DNA of 64,000 nucleotides from an uncultured Poribacteria bacterium (GTDB taxonomy: Bacteria; Poribacteria; WGA-4E; WGA-3G): contig CATQHZ020000001.1 in assembly GCA_958296135.2 (NCBI GenBank), forward strand, positions 224,001 to 288,000. The letters run 5' to 3'. Shown piece by piece: positions 60,307 to 64,000 of this stretch (the first letter of the stretch is position 1; every line of letters starts with the position of its first letter). Below the pieces are notes generated by a model. The model made no database searches, was not told the origin of the DNA, and was given only the letters and a program-made list of their open reading frames with translations. Made by a program: the position numbers and the translations under genes.

Positions 60307-62613
60307 ATGTCAACAATGTTCAGCGTCCCAAAAACTCCCGTTTTCGGATCCTTTGGGGAATTTACAATTGGGGAGGGCTCAAATACCCTTCGTGCCAGAT
60401 ATCTTCTCACGAAAATCAGGCCCGGGAACGATGGCACGTGGGAATGCGAGTTGGCATCCCAAATGAAGCCTTGGCGCGAGGTCTTCAATGTTGAAGAATT
60501 GAGTTTTGATGAACTCTTACAACGAGAGCTGGACGACTCGCGCGTCGCGCAAGACCTCATCCCCTATCTGCTTGGCGAATCCGGAAATAGGGCAAAGTTC
60601 TTTCCACCGATTCTCGCCGTAATTGTCCCGCGACAGCAGGTTGGATCCGGAATTGAAGCCTTTTATCCCGCTCGGGCGGCTCAAGGCGCATCGGTTGAGC
60701 ATTACGGCAATCTGTTTGATTTTGAACGGATTGAATGGGGTGGCGAACTTACCCCACTAGCGCGTCTTAACTATAATCGGCAACGCGCCGCGTTCATTAT
60801 TGTTGACGGCCAACACCGCGCCATGGCTGTGCTCGCGCTGCACAGACAGCTGAACGATAATTGGGGTGATAACGCCTTCGCCTCTTACTACGAGCACATC
60901 CAGGTGACTCCCGAACAAGTCAAAAGCATTGAATTGCCGACATGTATCATCTATTTCCCAGATTTACATGATGACAATCCGCAGCCGCGAGAACAGGGGC
61001 TCGATTTAAACTCTGTTTGTCGGGAGATATTCCTGGTTGTCAATCGGAGTGCTAAGCATGTGAGCGAAGCGCGGGAACTTTTGCTAGACGACGAGGATAT
61101 CGCCGCACGCCTGATGCGCCGAACCCTCTCAACGCTGAAAAACCGCGGCGAAGAACAAGCTGACTTAGCCCGACTTTATTCAATTGCTTATGGGGATTCA
61201 GACACTGAAGCCGGACAAAAAGAGGTAGTCACAGGACAACTTGAATACAGCAGTGCCATTGCGATTCACAAAGTCCACAGCGCGATTGCTTTTGGTGCTA
61301 ACGAAGGGTTTAAGTTAAAAAATCCTCAGGACATTTCGGGCGGACGCGCGACTCAGAACAAGAACCGTCCGGCCGAGATATTACTAGGAACGAGTGTGGA
61401 AGACTACCGAATACTCGCGCGCAATTCGGGGAAAACACTCCCCACCGCCGAAGTCGACGTAGTCGTCGAAAAACTGGGCGACTTGGCGGACACTGCCTTG
61501 GTGCGACTTTTCGACCTGTTTCGTCCGTTTCAGATTCATAATGACGAGCTCCGAGAATTGAGACTGCGGCTTTCAGACGTTCAAGCTGACGCTCGGTTTG
61601 AACAGAAGAAAGCGTATACGCTGATTTCTGAGGGAAGCGGGGTGCGGAACGTCTTTGACTCACATTTCAGGCGGCTGAGTGAGGAGAAGTATGAACGCGA
61701 GCGCGAGGGGCAAACAATCCCACAACACATCCTGAATCAGATTGACTTCTGCAGAACTGTTAAGCAGGCACTCGGTGAGCACGAACGCGACTTCCATCGC
61801 CGCCGCGCTTGCAACTTCTTCGGGATAAACCGTGCCCTATTTGATAGTGCCGCTTATCGGGAAGAACGGGTATTCCTGAGTGACAAGGCACAAAAACTCT
61901 TCCATACTGTGTCAACCCAAGCGTTTCAGTTGGGTTACGCCATGGCGATTTTCACCGTCGTTGAAGAGTTGAAACGCGGCAGACCGGATGCCTCGCCCTT
62001 GCTGTATCACAACAGGCTGAAACTTGTCGAATTCGTGACAGAGGCATATCTCGCCGCGCTCAACACTTACTTTTCCCCCAAGGACAATACGATTCATCAG
62101 ACACTCACTGGCTACATCAGCGAGCCGCGGGCATCAGTTTTTGACGCAAATTCTCCGGGGCTCCGTGGACTCTTGGCGATGAGCGTCAATGAGCTCAACG
62201 AACGCCAATGGCGATTTTTCCGCTACGCCATTTTAGAGATTGTCCACTCGCCGTTTTGCTGGCATGCTGCTCAAAAAAAAATGAAGCAGATGGACTGCAA
62301 ATGGGCATTAACGTGGTATAAAGAAGCCATCCCCAAACTCGTAGATGGCCTGATGTCCGAACGTGCAAAGTATGTTGAGGATGCCGTTGAAGCGGCTGTA
62401 AGAGGCCGCGAATTTGAGTCGCTGAAAATGCAAACGGAATCTGAAGCGAGAGATGCCGGCAAAAGCGAAGAACGCCTCCGGCAACTTGTAGAAGAACTTC
62501 AGCATTCCCACCGGACAGCAGCGAAGCAAAACGCGCTTAGCCACCTCAAAGCAAGTTTGGAAACGGTTGAATCCACATCGGCAATCATCCAACGCTTACG
62601 CGCTAACCTGTAG
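60307..62613 (+). CDS. Large DGQHR (DndB/ParB-like) domain protein
   Basis: QR.LD..RV...I..YL, FFPPI, IIVDGQHR, F..VN..A..V; long helical C-terminus. Confidence 0.8.
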   Translation: MSTMFSVPKTPVFGSFGEFTIGEGSNTLRARYLLTKIRPGNDGTWECELASQMKPWREVFNVEELSFDELLQRELDDSRVAQDLIPYLLGESGNRAKFFPPILAVIVPRQQVGSGIEAFYPARAAQGASVEHYGNLFDFERIEWGGELTPLARLNYNRQRAAFIIVDGQHRAMAVLALHRQLNDNWGDNAFASYYEHIQVTPEQVKSIELPTCIIYFPDLHDDNPQPREQGLDLNSVCREIFLVVNRSAKHVSEARELLLDDEDIAARLMRRTLSTLKNRGEEQADLARLYSIAYGDSDTEAGQKEVVTGQLEYSSAIAIHKVHSAIAFGANEGFKLKNPQDISGGRATQNKNRPAEILLGTSVEDYRILARNSGKTLPTAEVDVVVEKLGDLADTALVRLFDLFRPFQIHNDELRELRLRLSDVQADARFEQKKAYTLISEGSGVRNVFDSHFRRLSEEKYEREREGQTIPQHILNQIDFCRTVKQALGEHERDFHRRRACNFFGINRALFDSAAYREERVFLSDKAQKLFHTVSTQAFQLGYAMAIFTVVEELKRGRPDASPLLYHNRLKLVEFVTEAYLAALNTYFSPKDNTIHQTLTGYISEPRASVFDANSPGLRGLLAMSVNELNERQWRFFRYAILEIVHSPFCWHAAQKKMKQMDCKWALTWYKEAIPKLVDGLMSERAKYVEDAVEAAVRGREFESLKMQTESEARDAGKSEERLRQLVEELQHSHRTAAKQNALSHLKASLETVESTSAIIQRLRANL

Positions 62614-62624
62614 GTGCCTGAAAA

Positions 62625-63512
62625 GTGGACAGAAAGCAAATTATCCAAAAATTTCAGACCTTGAATTTGTGGAAAAGAGGCGGAGAAAGGGCACCCCACA
62701 AACCTCTGTTGGTTCTGTATGCTATCGGGAAATTGCTGCGCGGTGAGGACAGGCTCATTCCGTACTCCGATGTAGAGAAAAATTTCAAAAATTTACTGAG
62801 CGAGTTTGGCCCGAGGCGCAACTTTTATCTCGCCCAATTCCCGTTTTGGCGGTTGCAAAATGACGGAGTTTGGGAGGTATCCGATGCCGACAAAATTGGG
62901 CAAAGTTCCAGTGGCGATGCCTACATAACCGATTTGCGACGTTATGATGTCACTGGTGGATTTCTTGAACCTATCGCCAACCAACTTCTGAACGACGCGA
63001 AACTGGCTTTTGAAATCGTTCAGAACTTGCTAGACGCTCATTTCCCGTCAACTCTCCATGAGGACATTCTTCAAACCGTGGGGATCGAGTTGCCTCTTCA
63101 AGTTTCGCCGCGGCAAACGCGCGATCCGCACTTCCGAGAGAACGTCTTAAAAGCGTATGAGTATAAATGCGCAGTCTGCGGCTTCGACGTGAAGTTGCGC
63201 CATCAGCCAGTTGCGTTAGAAGCCGCCCATATCAAATGGCATCAGGCAGGCGGTCCCGATATCGAAGTGAACGGACTGGCACTCTGCTCGCTGCACCATA
63301 AGTTGTTCGACCGTGGGGTTTTCACGCTATCCGAGCATTTGGAAGTGCTAGTATCCGAGTATGCCAACGGATCCGTGGGGTTTGAGGAATGGCTGATGCG
63401 GTTTCACGGTAGAACCATCAACTTTCCACAGCGGCACTCATATTATCCGCAAGGGAATTTCATCGGTTGGCACATGAAAGAGGTATTTAAAGGTGCTTCT
63501 CGCGAATTGTGA
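62625..63512 (+). CDS. SBD-HNH phosphorothioate-dependent restriction endonuclease-like protein
   Basis: RAPHKPLL.L and PFWRL..DG.W sulfur-binding domain; RD..FR..VL.AY...CAVCG, EAAHI, NGL.LC.LHH..FD. Confidence 0.88.
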   Translation: MDRKQIIQKFQTLNLWKRGGERAPHKPLLVLYAIGKLLRGEDRLIPYSDVEKNFKNLLSEFGPRRNFYLAQFPFWRLQNDGVWEVSDADKIGQSSSGDAYITDLRRYDVTGGFLEPIANQLLNDAKLAFEIVQNLLDAHFPSTLHEDILQTVGIELPLQVSPRQTRDPHFRENVLKAYEYKCAVCGFDVKLRHQPVALEAAHIKWHQAGGPDIEVNGLALCSLHHKLFDRGVFTLSEHLEVLVSEYANGSVGFEEWLMRFHGRTINFPQRHSYYPQGNFIGWHMKEVFKGASREL

Positions 63513-64000
63513 CCGGCGATATCCGCTTGACTTTTCGGTGAGTCACTTTTTCCTTGACAGTGCTTTTCAAATATGATATAATTTTATTGTTCCTTAATTT
63601 GATTCCACCGGGCGACGTTTCGACGGTTGCTGTCCAGCCAGACGAGACGTTGAAAATGGATTCTCGGTTTGGAAGATTTTGACGCAAACGGTGTTGAGAA
63701 ACTGAAAGGACAGTGGGCGAATTTCCTTACGCCGTCGCAAACTGAAGAAGAGCGCGACCGGATGTGGAAGCAGATTGAATCGAAGAAAGCCGCCATATCC
63801 GGGTAGTTCGATTTGAGTGGATGCCCTATTACGAGGTTCTGAGAGATAACTATGTTCATCTGCTGAACCTACGCGAATGCTATAATTGCCGGTAGGCGCG
63901 CTTTTTAAGTGTGCACGAACCACAAAGTACACGGTTACAAACCGCACCTACTGCTGCATCGTAGCAGAATCAAAATATGTTAACAAATGAGGTTAAGAAA

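Overview
Bacterial chromosomal segment, most likely from Candidatus Poribacteria or a close relative. This is inferred from LamG proteins ending in a 'K..TTW..LK'-type tail, WD40 + dockerin + 'NYPNPFNPETWIPY' proteins, lamin-tail surface proteins and dense GTAG-palindrome repeats. Housekeeping and metabolic genes include aldehyde dehydrogenase, transketolase, an ArgE-like M20 enzyme, SDR/AKR/amidohydrolases and a pyrR-pyrC-carA-carB operon with a PyrR attenuator but no pyrB. They are mixed with secreted repeat proteins, a metal-uptake TonB locus headed by a CxxC/RAPP leader peptide, a stand-alone TnpB element and many defence-type loci. The defence-type loci are: an intact TdeIII-like type II RM pair; a type III Mod gene frameshifted in a G9 tract; a deletion scar of a type ISP RM gene; three tandem 201-aa PD-(D/E)xK-like paralogues; and a GIY-YIG / DGQHR / sulfur-binding-domain-HNH three-gene cassette bracketed by near-identical promoters, which is the best candidate for an undescribed system. 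No rRNA, tRNA or CRISPR array was found. All family calls come from reading motifs; no database search was run.
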